Origin: Octopus bimaculoides
Lineage: Eukaryota
Length of the DNA: 60,094 bases
Reading direction: 5' to 3'
Assembly: GCF_001194135.2 (NCBI RefSeq)
Contig: NC_068991.1
Span: forward strand, 21,938,954-21,999,047
Shown here: piece by piece, positions 1 through 13,365 of the stretch
Layout of the letters: every line of letters starts with the position of its first letter
Numbering within the stretch: position 1 is the first letter of the stretch
Program-made: the position numbers and the translations under genes
Notes under the pieces: model-generated
The model's input: only the letters and a program-made list of their open reading frames with translations
Told to the model about the DNA's origin: nothing
The model's database searches: none

Positions 1-285
1 TTGTGAGTGGATTTGGTAGACGGAAACTGAAAGAAGCCCGTCGTATATATGTATATATATATATGTATGTGTGTTTGTGTGTCTGTGTTTGCCCCCCCCC
101 CACCATCGCTTGACAACCGATGCTGGTGTGTTTATGTCCCCGTAACTTAGCGGTTCGGCAAAAAGAGACCGATAGAATAAGTACTAGGCTTACAAAGAAT
201 AAGTCCTGGGGTCGACTAAAGGCGGTGCCCCAGCATGGCAGCAGTCAAATGACTGAAACAAGTAAAAGAGTAAAAGAGAGAGAGT
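1..285 (+). mobile_element. SINE family B, 3' part (5' end outside window)
   Basis: Body ttgtgagtggatttggtagacggaaactgaaagaagccc, internal (TA/GT)n and tail ...atgactgaaacaagtaaaagag recur in copies near 3852, 21887, 26090 and 45900. Confidence 0.85.
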
Positions 286-834
286 TACTACTCTCATGTT
301 GAAAGCTATTGATGATGTTGATAGAGAGCGAATGGAATCGGGTGATGACAATTTCTGGACAAGTAATAACTTCATATATACAGCTGTTATTACTCTATAA
401 AAACACTTTGGTGAAACAGGTGCTAATTAAATTATTAGATGGGAAACAAAACTTGAAGAAGCGTCAACAATCTTTGCCACCATACTGGATGATTAATCAT
501 GATAATAAAATGTAAATGGAATAATGAGCTTACACTTCACCAATTACATCTTACGAACATAAAAAACAACAAAACTCTACAGTGACACTTCACACTAAGT
601 TCTTGAGAGAAAGTATATTACTTTAAAACACAAGCTCCGGATACTGAGCAAAAAAAAGTTATCATAGAAAAATATTCAAGTGAGACACTATAAATCACAA
701 GTTTGCTTCCAATCCACAGGCATAATACAGAGAGAGACGAGGGAGGAAAACATTACCATTAAGAAAGCCTGCTTATTCTTAGTGCCCGTTTTGAAGAGTG
801 CAGTTTGATTTTTAGTTATTCTTTCAAAGCTATA

Positions 835-1871
835 ATGGAAGTGACAAAAGAGCATATTCAGCATATTTTGCTTTATGAGTTCAATCAACAAGGGCAACAA
901 TGCAACTGAAAGTGTGAGGAATATTAATGCAGTATATGGGGATCAGACAATAAGCTTAAGCCAGTGTCAACGGTGGTTCCAGAGATTCCGAGCTGGAAAC
1001 TACAGCCTAGAAGATGAGCCTCATCCTAGAAGATCTGTAGAGCTTGATGAGGATGTCCTGCAAACCTTGGTGGAAAAAATACCATCGTAGCTGTTGAGGA
1101 ATTAGCAGAGAAGCTTGGATCTGGTCATGCAACCATTCATCAACACCTGCATGCCATAGGAAAAGTCAACAAATTGGGTTAATGGGTTCTTCACAAACTT
1201 TCCAAGTCTAATCGCATGCAGAGAATGAACGTATGTTCTTTGCTGTCACGTCTCATGAATAAACTTTTATTTGAATCAAATAGTGACTGGTGACAAGAAA
1301 TGGGTTCTCTATAAAAATGTCAAGCGCTGAAGACAGTGGGTAGGGAAAGAGAAAGCACCGGCACCCCAGACTAAAGAAGGTCTTCACCTATGTAAGGTGT
1401 TGTTATCTGTTGGTGGGTGGGATATGAAAGGTTTAGTCCACTTTGAACTTGTAAACCCAAATCAAACGATAACAAAGGAGATCCACTGCAAGCGGCTTGA
1501 GCGGCTTAAGTCAGCACTAAAAGAAAAACGACCATCTTTGGTTTCAAGACAAAAGGTGTTCTTCAATCAGGATAATACTCGGCCACATACAGCAAGGATG
1601 ACATTCCAAAGGCTGGAGCAGTTTGAATAGGAAACAATGGCCCACATACCACATTCGCCGGACATTGCCTCATCTGATTACCATTTATTCCGCAGTCTTC
1701 AAAATCATTTGGATGGAAAAAATATGAATTCTGTAGGTGAGATCAGAATAGTACTGGAGGAGTATTTTTCATTATGGACAAGTGAATTTTGGGAGAGGAG
1801 CCTTGCAAGTCTACCAGATAGATGGAAGATCACTGTAGAAAATGAAGGAGAGTATTATCTTGGATTTAAAA
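835..1871 (+). pseudogene. Mariner (DD34D-type) transposase pseudogene, runs into a gap
   Basis: ATG at 835. Frameshifted segments give an HTH region, WVLHKL (WVPHEL-like), IVTGDKKWV, QDNTRPH and HSPDIASSDYHLFRSLQN (YSPDLAPSDY-like). Multiple stops and frameshifts. Confidence 0.93.
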
Positions 1872-3851
1872 NNNNNNNNNNNNNNNNNNNNNNNNNNNNN
1901 NNNNNNNNNNNNNNNNNNNNNNNNNNNNNNNNNNNNNNNNNNNNNNNNNNNNNNNNNNNNNNNNNNNNNNNNNNNNNNNNNNNNNNNNNNNNNNNNNNNN
2001 NNNNNNNNNNNNNNNNNNNNNNNNNNNNNNNNNNNNNNNNNNNNNNNNNNNNNNNNNNNNNNNNNNNNNNNNNNNNNNNNNNNNNNNNNNNNNNNNNNNN
2101 NNNNNNNNNNNNNNNNNNNNNNNNNNNNNNNNNNNNNNNNNNNNNNNNNNNNNNNNNNNNNNNNNNNNNNNNNNNNNNNNNNNNNNNNNNNNNNNNNNNN
2201 NNNNNNNNNNNNNNNNNNNNNNNNNNNNNNNNNNNNNNNNNNNNNNNNNNNNNNNNNNNNNNNNNNNNNNNNNNNNNNNNNNNNNNNNNNNNNNNNNNNN
2301 NNNNNNNNNNNNNNNNNNNNNNNNNNNNNNNNNNNNNNNNNNNNNNNNNNNNNNNNNNNNNNNNNNNNNNNNNNNNNNNNNNNNNNNNNNNNNNNNNNNN
2401 NNNNNNNNNNNNNNNNNNNNNNNNNNNNNNNNNNNNNNNNNNNNNNNNNNNNNNNNNNNNNNNNNNNNNNNNNNNNNNNNNNNNNNNNNNNNNNNNNNNN
2501 NNNNNNNNNNNNNNNNNNNNNNNNNNNNNNNNNNNNNNNNNNNNNNNNNNNNNNNNNNNNNNNNNNNNNNNNNNNNNNNNNNNNNNNNNNNNNNNNNNNN
2601 NNNNNNNNNNNNNNNNNNNNNNNNNNNNNNNNNNNNNNNNNNNNNNNNNNNNNNNNNNNNNNNNNNNNNNNNNNNNNNNNNNNNNNNNNNNNNNNNNNNN
2701 NNNNNNNNNNACTGAACACATTCGTTTTGTAGGTATATAGAATAATAAGTGAGTTTCATGTCAAGAAGCAGCTTGACAATAAATAACAATTTTTAAATGT
2801 GATATCTTACTAATGAGACATTCACCTGCACGTGTTCCCCTCACTCTGTGTGTTTGTATCATTCGAGTGCTTGTTTTTCAGTTATTCTGTTAAATATACA
2901 TAACCGTCAAGGTTTCTCATCATCATTTTCAACACGTCAACACTGTAAACAACCCACTCTCCCACCCACTAACCAGTCCAAATATCAACAAAACAACAAT
3001 AAACACACTCCCCAAAACCACACACACACTTGAGCACATAGAACAGCGGTTGCAATCATTTTTTTATTTATGGACCCCTTTCATTACTAATTTATTCAGA
3101 TGAACCCCGTAGCCATTCAATGTTTAAAAACTAGTTTTATAGATACTTCTTTCAAAATTCCTATTTTGTTTTTCACACATTCACTTGGGTAGGTTTATGA
3201 CAATGCTCTCTGAGAGAACATTATTCTGGGACCAGAAACTAAGCTGTTTCTTGCATTAAATACATCTAAAACAAAATTTTTTCATGAACCCTTAAAATAC
3301 CACAGTAGATACCCAATTTACTATTTTGCTTGTACAGCCCCACCCACAAATCCTATATGAACCCCTAGGGGTCATGTTGACCCCCGTTGAGAACCACTGG
3401 TTTAGAGGAAGATAAATATTCAGATACAGATAGGTGAAGAGAAGGGTTGCTCAGAAACCCCTCTTACATATTTCACTTATCTGTGTGTAAATATTTATCT
3501 TTTCACTTTGGGGTTCCTTGGAATTCACTTTGAGAAATTGTGACATAAAGAAGTAAAATAGTGTCTCCAGGGCATCTACTACTCTCAGGCCCAAGGATGA
3601 GAGGGATCCCCTCAAAATTCAAAGGTACTGAGGTTTTTTCTAGGGAGAGGTTTAGCAAATTGTAATGGATCCTTCTTTGGTTCTTCAGACCCTGGACTGT
3701 TGTATCACTTGAACAGGACTTTTCATAGGCCCTGAGCATCCTCTACAGAAGTAGCAAGGTGTATCAGAAATATATAAAAGATGTACCCAAGGTAAGTACA
3801 AAGGTGTATTTAAGGCAAGTAACTAAACATTGCTAAATAAAAATTATGTAA

Positions 3852-4020
3852 GCACAGGTGTGGCTGTATAGTAAGAAGCTTGTTTTCCAACCACATGATT
3901 CCGGATTTGATTTCATTGTGCGGCACTTTGGGCAAGAGTCTTCTGCTATAGCCTTGGGCCAACCAAAGCCTTGTGAGTGGATATGGTAGACAGAAACAAA
4001 AAGAAGCCCAGTGTGTGTGT
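3852..4020 (+). mobile_element. SINE family B, 5' part with tRNA-like head
   Basis: Head gtggctgtatagtaagaagcttg...ttccggatttgatttc followed by the family B body. Confidence 0.75.
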
Positions 4021-4555
4021 GCATTCCAACTAATCCCAGCAAGGTACATGGACATTAAAAGATGAAATGTGTGTGTGTGTGCACACACACATGCTACTGT
4101 CATGTTGCCTTGACCTCACATGTTAGTTGTAAATGAATACTGCCATCATGCGAATAGTGTCCTTCATTCATCTTACATCAAAACATATCTGGTTATAGGG
4201 AAATACCATTCTTGGAAATAAGTGAGGGTTAACAACAGGAGAAGCCTCCAGCCATAGAAAATCCATCTCAACAAAATTTTCTCCAACAGATACAGGCATG
4301 GAAAGGTGGACATTAAAACAATGTTGATGATGACAACAACAACAATGATGATGTACTTACGGACCATGTAATCCCATGACTGGTAGCAATGTGTCCCCAC
4401 ATTAGTAGAATTATGCATGCTGGGGAAGTAATTTGGTGTGTTACAGGTAAATAAAATCATATAACCTAGGTATGTAACAAGGTGTTTGTTAAGAATATAA
4501 TAATGGGTGTACCTTATTAGTATAAAACTATTTAATGTAATAGAGGGGATATATA

Positions 4556-4774
4556 CAAGGGAATGCTGAAAAGTTCCTGGTTTTGAGGTTACCATGAAAA
4601 GCCTGGTTGAAAGGCCAACCATCCGAGTTCTTTTAAAGGGCGTAGAAAAATCAAAGGACTGCTGCAATAAGTGTGTGAATCTGAGAGGGAAATAGGTTGA
4701 ATAAAATCACAATTAACTGATCCTCCTGTATTTTCTTTTACCCAAAGCCAGGAACTTTTCAGTATCCACTCATG
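4556..4774. mobile_element. Tc1/mariner-type MITE
   Basis: Imperfect ~30-bp TIRs (ctgaaaagttcctggttttg / caaagccaggaacttttcag) with TA on both sides (4554-55, 4775-76). Confidence 0.7.
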
Positions 4775-5059
4775 TATGTGCTTATGTCTGCATGCACAGT
4801 GTTAAAATGGAGTGTTGTGTAATAATAGTGATAACAATTATATTGAAATTGAGATTGATTGTGTGTGGGAGCGTGAGTTTTTATGTCAGTGTCTGTCCCA
4901 CCCATTACTTGACAAACAATGTTGATTTGTTTAAGTTCCCATAATTTAGCAGTTCGGCAAAAGAGACAAATAGTATAAGTACAGGCTTTAAAAAAAATAA
5001 GCACTGAAGTTGATTTGTTCAACTAAAATCCTTCTAAGTGGTACCTACTGGTACTCCAT

Positions 5060-5370
5060 TGGTTATGATGAGGGTTCCAGTTGATCCGATCAACAGAACA
5101 GCCTGCTTATGAAATTAATGTTCATGTGGCTGAGCACTCCACAGACATGTGTACTCTTAATGTAGTTCTCAGGGATATTCAGCCTGACACAGAGTGTGGC
5201 AAGGCTGGCCCTTTCAAATACAGGTAACAACTCGTTTTTGCCAGCTGAGTGGACTGGAGCAACATGAAATGAAGTGTCTTGTTCAAGGACATTTCGCATT
5301 GCCAGGAATTGAACTCATGACCTTACGATCATGAACCAAATACCCTAACCACTAAGCCACACACCTTCAC
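5060..5370 (-). mobile_element. SINE family A' nested in a family B copy
   Basis: Shares the gttgatccgatcaacagaacagcctgc module with family A. The family B 3' end is interrupted at ~5045 and resumes at ~5372. Confidence 0.75.
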
Positions 5371-5719
5371 AAGGTGATACATGGTCAAAGCCTAATGACT
5401 GAAACAAGTAAAAGGTGATAGATGAAAAACAAAGATAAAAATTATAATTTTTCTTTCTACTCCAGGCACAAGGGCTGAAGTTTTGGGGAATACGGCATGT
5501 CAGTTACATTGACCCCACCCCATCCCACCCCAGTGCTCAACTGGTTCCTATTTTATTGACCCTGAAAGGATGAAAAGTAAAGTTGACCTTGGTGGAATTT
5601 GAACTCAGAACATATAGCCAGAAAAAATGTTACTAAACAGTTTAACTGGCATGCAAACAATTCTGCCAGTTCATACCAAAATGGAAGTATAAAACAAAAT
5701 TATATTTAAAATGGGGAGC

Positions 5720-5875
5720 CACTAGTGTAGCTTGCGCGGGGTGGGGGGCATAGGGTCGATCTGCCCCGGGCGGCACTTTTGGGAGTCTGCTGTAGGCAAT
5801 GTATTTTTTTGTGGGGTCTGGGGGCAGCAAACGGAAGGGCTACCCCAGACGACACACACTCTAGCTATGCTAGTG
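5720..5875. mobile_element. hAT-type MITE (156 bp, GC-rich)
   Basis: 13-bp imperfect TIRs cactagtgtagct / agctatgctagtg; 8-bp TSD tggggagc / tggagagc (1 mismatch). Confidence 0.75.
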
Positions 5876-6953
5876 TGGAGAGCCGACATAATCACGTCTA
5901 CGTAATCATTCAACCTGTTAGAAATAGCAGCCAAATCTCCCTGAAATTAAACCTTTAAGTAAGAGAAGATCACATACAATAATGTACTATATAAATAATG
6001 CCAAAAAAAGACAGGATTTTCACATTTGGAATGCTCTTCATCATAGGTCAGCTTGACCAGAGCTAACCTGGGGGTTAAATAACAACTAAAAATAAGCGAA
6101 ACATTGTTTTCTTCTCCATGCCTATTCGTCATATGACATATTATCTGCTCTTTTAATTTGGTGATATGAACACAGTACCTCATCTAGTTGTTGTAGTGAA
6201 TCCACTCAAACAGTAGCAGTATGTCTCTTCTTTCTCTTACTCTCTCAGTAACAGCATAAACTCTATCTTTCTCTCTTTTTTGGTCAGTAATAATAATGTA
6301 TGTTCTTTTTCACTGTCCCTCTCCCTCTCAGCAGCAGCATATGTTATGATATCTATCTATTTAATTTATGTATCTATCACTCTTTTCTTCTCCCCCCCCC
6401 CTTTCTCTTTTTTTCCAGTTCCTGAACACATGCACAAACACATACACTAACATTACTATACACTAATACGCACACACACAAACACACACACGAACATACA
6501 AATACACTAACACAACATACTATAAATAATAATAACCAGTGACATACTGAGAGATATAAAATGTATAAAATGTGTAGTTAATTATATAAACATTCTTGTT
6601 TAAGCATATGGCATTATTTTATGAAACTTCTAAGTTCTATACTAATAATGTCAAGGGTAAAATTGGCACTGAATAAATTGGTCTGGCATCAGTAACAATG
6701 AAAATGGTAAGTCCAAGAGAGTTTATTGCCGATCAAAAAGTTCACTTTCCAGTAGGAATGGAAACAGATGAAGCTTCAGGATACGGACCCTTCAGCAGAG
6801 TGTAATCTTCAAATAAGACCTTCACATCAACACCATACACAATCAAAAGGCTACATAATCCAAAATATTTTCCATCCCTTACAGTAACCAAATATACTGA
6901 TACACAACAAATTCTTTTTGTTATAATGGCAAAGGTCACCATGGAATGATAGT

Positions 6954-7338
6954 TGTTGTTGGCACTCTGTCGCTTACGACGTCGAGGGTTCCAGTTGATC
7001 CGATCAACAGAACAGCCTGCTCGTGAAATTAATGTGCAAGTGGCTGAGCACTCCACAGACACGTGTACCCTTAATGTAGTTCTCGGGGATATTCAGCGTG
7101 ACACAGTGTGACACGGCTGACCCTTTGAATTACAGGCACAACAGAAACGGGAAGTAAGAGTGAGAGAAAGTTGTGGTGGAAGAGTACAGCAGGGTTCGCC
7201 ACCATCCCCTGCCAGAGCCTCGTAGAGCTTTAGGTGTTTTCGCTCAATAAACACTCACAACACCCGGTCTGGGAATCGAAACCGCAATCCTATGATCGCA
7301 AGTCCGCTGCACTAACCACTGGGCCATTGCGCCTCCAC
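6954..7338 (-). mobile_element. Full-length tRNA-derived SINE family A
   Basis: Head has A-box-like TGGCCCAGTGG and B-box-like GTTTCGATTCC; (CAA)n tail; 11-bp TSD ggaatgatagt at 6943-6953 and 7339-7349. Confidence 0.92.
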
Positions 7339-7998
7339 GGAATGATAGTAGAAGAACTGTAAAATGAGGGTAAGCTCCAGGAGAGCCAAGTCTATGATAC
7401 AAAATCAATTCTTCGTAGGGGAATTTCATTTCACTTGCTTGTCCTAACTCCGAGTTCCATATACTTTTTGTTACATTCCAAGAAGACAAAAGGGGATGCT
7501 GGTCACCTAACTCATTAGCATTTAAAATGACCATAGCCAACCAAAATAGTCTGCCTGCTTTATGTTAAAACTGACCAGATCTGGACTCTCATACCTACCC
7601 TACAATGTCATTCTAAAAATAAACAACTACATCATCAAAATTTTGATGCTACAATACATGATTAATTCAAAACAATGGGAATAAATAAGCATTTGACAGA
7701 GTAATCTCTCTAAAGGATTAAAGTTTATTGTTTATACTGTGATTACAAACAATACAGAAATGTGTAGTTAGTATAGTATCACATCATCATTTTAATGTCC
7801 ACTTTTCTATGCATACATGGATCAGAAGGAGTTTATTGAGGCAGATACATTTTTTTGTTGCTAACTCATCTGTTTCCATGCAAGGTAATATTTCCCCATA
7901 GCCAGATATGGTTTGCCGAATATTGGAAATGAATGACACCAATTGTATAACAGCAAAAATCATTTTTTAACTATGATGTGAAGACCAGAAAATGAGAA

Positions 7999-8039
<41 letters not shown>

Positions 8040-8044
8040 CAATG

Positions 8045-8345
8045 GCACTCGGTCGGTTACAACAGGTGTTTTAGCTGACCTGATCAATGGAACAGCCTCC
8101 CCCTGAAATTTACGTGCAAGTGGCTGAGCACCCAACAGACTCATGTACACTCAATGTAGTTCTCCAGGAGAGTCAGCATGACAGAATATGACAAGGCTGA
8201 ACCTTTGAATTACAGATATAGTTTACTTTTCCCAGCTGAGTGGACTGGAGCAACATGAAATAAAGGTATCTAGCTCAAGGACACATTGCACGACTAGGAA
8301 CTGAACTCACAACCTTACAATCATGAACCGAATACCCACACCACT
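8045..8345 (-). mobile_element. SINE family A'
   Basis: Same modules as the 5060-5370 and 37690-38010 copies. Confidence 0.75.
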
Positions 8346-9017
8346 AAGCCAAGTGTCTCCACACACACACACAGACACACACACACACACAAACAGATGC
8401 ACACACACACACAACAAGCTACTTTTAGTTCCTGTCTACCAAATCCACTCACAAGTCTTTTGTCAGCCTGAAGCTTATAGTTTGTCATGAAGTACAATAG
8501 TTGATTTAATCCACTTACATGCTCTGTTGGGGTTTCTTTTACCAACACCTAACTCTGCTTCAACTACCACTTCTACAGTGACCTATACTCAGAACTGATT
8601 TATCTAGTACCATTTCCACTCAAGCCTTCCACTCACTCATCTTTTTTCTTTTCCTCTCATTCCCCAGTAATGCGTCTAGACTTCTACACCTTGCATTAAA
8701 CACTTCCCTCAGTGTTTTCCTATACATAATACTGTCTCAAGGAAGTAAATAAAGTGACCATAAACAACTTATTACATTTAAGATGTGATTGCTTATTTAT
8801 CCCCATGTTGGTCTTGATAGAGAGGATCTATAATCAACGATATTCAAGACACAACCACCCATCATTTTTACTAGACATGGTGAACCAAGGGTTACATCAT
8901 CTAGTGTATCTTTATTTTTTTTAGGATGCTAATGAAAAGTTCCTACATTGTGATTACAGCACACATGTGTGTACAAGAGATGTTTCGGTGCACCATGGAT
9001 TGCTGAAAATATAATTT

Positions 9018-9210
9018 AGCCCTTTCACATTTAAACCAGCCAAATCCAGCCCAAATATTTTATGTTTTACATCTAACCTCTCACACCTAACCTACACTAA
9101 CATTCTAAAAATAAACAATCACATCATTGAAACCTCAAAGCTATAAGATAATGCCTGATTAAGTCAAAACAATTTGAATAAAAAAGCAGAGTAATCTGAC
9201 CACTAAGAGG
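9018..9210. mobile_element. TTAA-type (piggyBac-like) MITE, degenerate
   Basis: Starts ccctttc after ttag and ends agagg before ttaa; a related copy lies at ~7510-7718. Confidence 0.5.
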
Positions 9211-9582
9211 TTAAGGCTTTAGAAAATCTGCATTAATCTAAAAGTGTCTTGAAAAACAAGTTATTCATAATTCTGTCAAACACAAGAACGATTAAAAATA
9301 CAGTGTTTTCCAGCAGACAAGCTAATGTAGTGTATAGTTTGCTATCTTTCCAAATCTTACAGCATTTCACATGAAAGTTATGGTCCTCCAAAAAGAACTT
9401 CTTATATAACTCAACCTACCTTTTTTGTTGTAAATTTTCATCTACAAAATTTTACCTGCATGCTAGAACATACAGTAAGGCTAACAATAGTTTTTTCCCT
9501 TTTTCCCTAAATTTTTAACTTTAAAATATGCTCTTAAAATTAAGTGCACTTATTGTTGATATATATATATATGTGATGAACT

Positions 9583-10483
9583 TAGTAGCGGGGGTGGGTG
9601 CTCTGAAAGTGTAGCTGCTAGAATAAGAATAGCATGGGCAAAGTTCAGAGAGCTCCTGCCTCTGCTGGTGGCAAAGGGCCTCTCACTCAGAGTATAAAGG
9701 TAGACTGTATAACATGTGTACGAACAGCCATGCTACATGGCAGTGAAACATGGGCCGTGACTGCTGAGGGCATGTGTAAGCTTGCAAGGAATGAAGCCAG
9801 TATGCTCTGCTGGATGCGTAATGTCAGTGTGCATACTCGACAGAGTATAAGTGCCTCGAGAGAAAAGTTGAACCTAAGAAACATCAGATGTGGTGTGCAA
9901 GAGAGACAACTGCGCTGGTATGGTCATGTGGTACGAATGGATGAGGATAGCTGTGTGAAAAAGTGTCACACCCTAGCAGTCAAGGGAAACTGTGCAAGAG
10001 GTAGACCCAGAGCGACCTGGGATGAGGTAGTGAACAACGACCTTCGAACATTAGGCTTCACCAAGGCAATGACTAGTGACTGAGACCTTTGCCTCACCAA
10101 GGCAATGACTAGTGACTGAGACCTTTGGACTGAGACCATGATTATGGCCAGGGCTGCTGCGTGGCCCCCATGCCGGTGGCACATAAAAAAACCATTCGAG
10201 CATGATCGTTACCAGCGTCGCCTTACTGGCACTTGTGCCAGTGGTACGTGGAAAACACCATTTGAGCATGGCCGTTGCCAGTATCGCCTGACTGGCCCTC
10301 ATGCTGGTGGCACGTAAAAGCACCCACTACACTCTCCGAGTGGTTGGCGTTAGGAAGGGCATCCAGCTGTAGAAACTCTGCCAGATCAGATTGGAGCCTG
10401 GTGTAGCCATCTGGTTTCACCAGTCCTCAGTCAAATCGTCCAACCCATGCCAGCATGGAAAGCGGATGTTAAACTATGATGAT
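9583..10483 (+). mobile_element. 5'-truncated RTE-clade LINE (ORF C-terminus plus 3' UTR, (GAT)n tail)
   Basis: RIRIAWAKFRELLPLL, LHGSETWAVT and RQLRWYGHVVRM motifs with a frameshift; ~35-bp internal tandem duplication near 10060-10126. Confidence 0.9.
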
Positions 10484-10703
10484 GTATATATTTCTAAAGT
10501 GGAACAAAGAAATATTAAAAATTCCTGTAGTAGAGTGTTATTTAAGGGAGATTTGTGATAGGTCAGCAGTTGGTAGTGTCACAGAGATTGACTGCTTGTT
10601 GAGACCAGACACACATCCAAGTGTTTCCAGACATATGTAATGAAAAGAAGGTTAAATGATTTGAAAATGATGGAAACTAGGATTGGTGTTCATAAATTTT
10701 TTT

Positions 10704-10748
<45 letters not shown>

Positions 10749-11964
10749 TGACAGTGAGTGCAAGTTGTTGGGTAAAGAATGTCAATTCTAAATATTAAAC
10801 TGGCACTTGGCCATTGCTGCAAACATACAGCCTTGTGTTTTTCTTTTATTTCTTTTAGCTGTTTTGTGAAGAAGAGGTTAAACTTGATTATATCAAACAT
10901 AATATAATCAATGTCAAATTAATTACATCTTTTTTAATGCAGGGAGGAGAGAAAAACTTTAGCTCAATGACCAATATTATTTCAGTATGAATTTGGCACA
11001 TATGGGAGACAACCACAGATATGTTTCAATTCTATTTGACTGCTTCAGTAAAGTGCATCCTTCAGACATCAATAATTAACATAATGACTGCAAATAATTA
11101 ACCCAGCAACAGTTATATTAGAGGCATTATACTTAATGTAGGAAATTTCCCAGTGTCCAATACACCAGTATATAACTAGTATTTCAAAGTAACTTTACCA
11201 GTGCTGGTGTTATGATGAAATATATCCAGTACATTCAGAAAAGTATTTGGTAAATGAAACACCAATGTAGGATTGAGAAGACTTTTGTATCTTACCTAGA
11301 GCTTCACAACCTCTCTAGTGCTGGTATCATGTTAAAATGCATTCAATACACTCTGTAAAGTGGTTGGTGTTACAAAGAGTATCCAGCCAAAAGAACCATG
11401 CCAGAAACTGAGATGTGTGAGCAATATACAGTCATCTAACCTTTTTAGGAGGAAAGAACTGATTTGACCCATGATGTTCCATCTAACCCATGATGGCATG
11501 AAAAACAAACATAAAAATAATAACATTGATAATGATGGTGATGACATATTTTATGGAAATCCCCTAGGTTATCATTTTCTCCTATTATACTTCCAATCAC
11601 ATTTAGAACACATTATGAGAAGATGAATCAACTCAAATACTTGACTGGTACATTATTTTATTAACCCTGGAAGAATGAAAAGCAAAAGTTTGTTCTCACT
11701 GAGATTTGAACTCAGAAGATAAAGGACTAACTAGATACCACTTGGTATTTTGTCTGATGTTCTATTGATTCTGCTAACCCAAGATTTCAATTCGGAAGTA
11801 CAGAGAGAAACTAAATACAAAACATTAATTTGGTTCAGTGCTTTAGTGTCTTGGCAATCTTAACTGCTCTCGTTTGAAGTATAATTAACACAAACTTTAT
11901 TTAATTGCAAGTAATTGACAAGAAAGATTTTTAAGCAACAAAAAGAAAATTACAAGAATCAGAG

Positions 11965-12600
11965 CTTGGAGAGAAAGAGAGAAAGATACTGAGAGAAAGA
12001 GGAAGGGGGGAGGGAGGGAGAGAGGAAGAGGAAGGGAGGGAGAGAGAGAAAGAGGAAGGGAAGGAGAGAGAGAAAGAGGAAGGGAGGGAGAGAGAGAAAG
12101 AGGAAGGGAGGGAGAGAAAGGAGGGAGAGAAAGAGGAAGGAGGGAGAGAGGGAAAGTGGAAGGGAGAGAGAGAGAAAGAGGAAGAGAAGGAGAGAGAGAG
12201 AGAAGAAGGGAGGGAGAAAAAGAGGAAGGGAGGGAGAGAGGGAAAGTGGAAGGGAGGGAGAGAGAGAGAAAGAGAAAGGGAAGGAGAGAGAGAGGAAGAG
12301 AGGGAGAGAGAAAAAGGGGAAGAGGGAGAGAGAAAGAGGAAGGGAGAGAGAGAAAAGGGAAGAGGGAGAGAGAAAGAGGTAAGGAGAGAGAAAGAGGAAG
12401 GGAGAGAGAGAGAGAAAGAGGAAAGGAAAGAAAGAGGAAGGGAGAGAGAGAGAGAGAAAGAGGAAAGGAAAGAAAGAGGAAGGGAGAGAGAGAGACAAAG
12501 AGGAAGGGACAGAGAGAGAAAAGAGGAGGCGAAAGAGAAAGAGAGAGACAGAAAGAAGGCAAAGAGAGAAAGCTTAGAGAGAGAGAAAGAGAGAAAAAAC
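11965..12600 (+). repeat. ~630-bp polypurine (GA-rich) low-complexity tract
   Basis: Almost only G and A, with recurring gagagaaagaggaaggga units. Confidence 0.95.
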
Positions 12601-12974
12601 TAGCAATTATTCAGTTCACTTAATGAATTGGCCAATTACTAAGCTATCAGCCAGTTTAAATGAGTACTTTTGGTAAAGGTCATAGGGTTCAGCTTATCAT
12701 TTCAGTAACTCCCTCTTTCACGCTCTCTCTCGTTCTCTGCCTTAGTTTCTTTTCTCTCTCTCTCTAAAACCTATTATATCTCCTTTTTTTCTCACTCTTA
12801 CCCTAATCTATTCATCTCTCTCTCTCTTCCCTACCTCAGTCTATTTAATTCAATCTTTCTCTCTCGTTCCCCAGATGTAATTCTTTCTCATAATCCCTTT
12901 CACTATATGTTTCTTCTCAACTTCTACAATCTACAATGTTCCTCTGTTTCTTTTTTTTCTTATATAGTTTTTAC

Positions 12975-13365
12975 GTGGAGGCACAACGGCCCAGTGGTTA
13001 GGGCAGCGGACTCGCGGTCATAGGAGCGCGGTTTCGATTCCCAGACCGAGCGTTTTGAGTGTTTATTGAGCGAAAACACCTAAAGCTCCACGAAGCTCCG
13101 GCAGGGGATGGTGGCAAACCCTGCCGTACTCTTTCACCACAACTTTCTCTCACTCTTACTTCCTGTTTCTGTTGTGCCTGTAATTCAAAGGGTCAGCCTT
13201 GTCACACTGTGTCACGCTGAATCTCCCCGAGAACTACGTTAAGGGTACACTTGTCTGTGGAGTGCTCACCCATTTGCACGTTAATTTCACGAGCAGGCTG
13301 TTCCGTTGATCGGATCAACTGGAACCCTCGACGTCGCAAGCGACGGAATGCCAACCACCACCACC
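12975..13365 (+). mobile_element. Full-length SINE family A
   Basis: tRNA-like head gtggaggcacaacggcccagtggttagggcagcgg...gtttcgattccc; (CCA)n tail. Confidence 0.9.

Noticed and set aside
296-510. Protein-like frame MLKAIDDVDRERMESGDDNFW...
   Set aside because: In-frame stops at 398-400 and later, no good splice sites, no recognised family; possibly an old transposon remnant
10698-10746. Long poly(T) as a processed-pseudogene tail
   Set aside because: No TSD, no well-placed AATAAA and no identifiable ORF upstream on the minus strand
11897-12623. 150-220-aa ORFs (SLSLP-rich and RERE-rich)
   Set aside because: Translations of the GA/CT low-complexity tract; the same applies to the YIYI, VCVC, THTH and poly-G/P ORFs elsewhere
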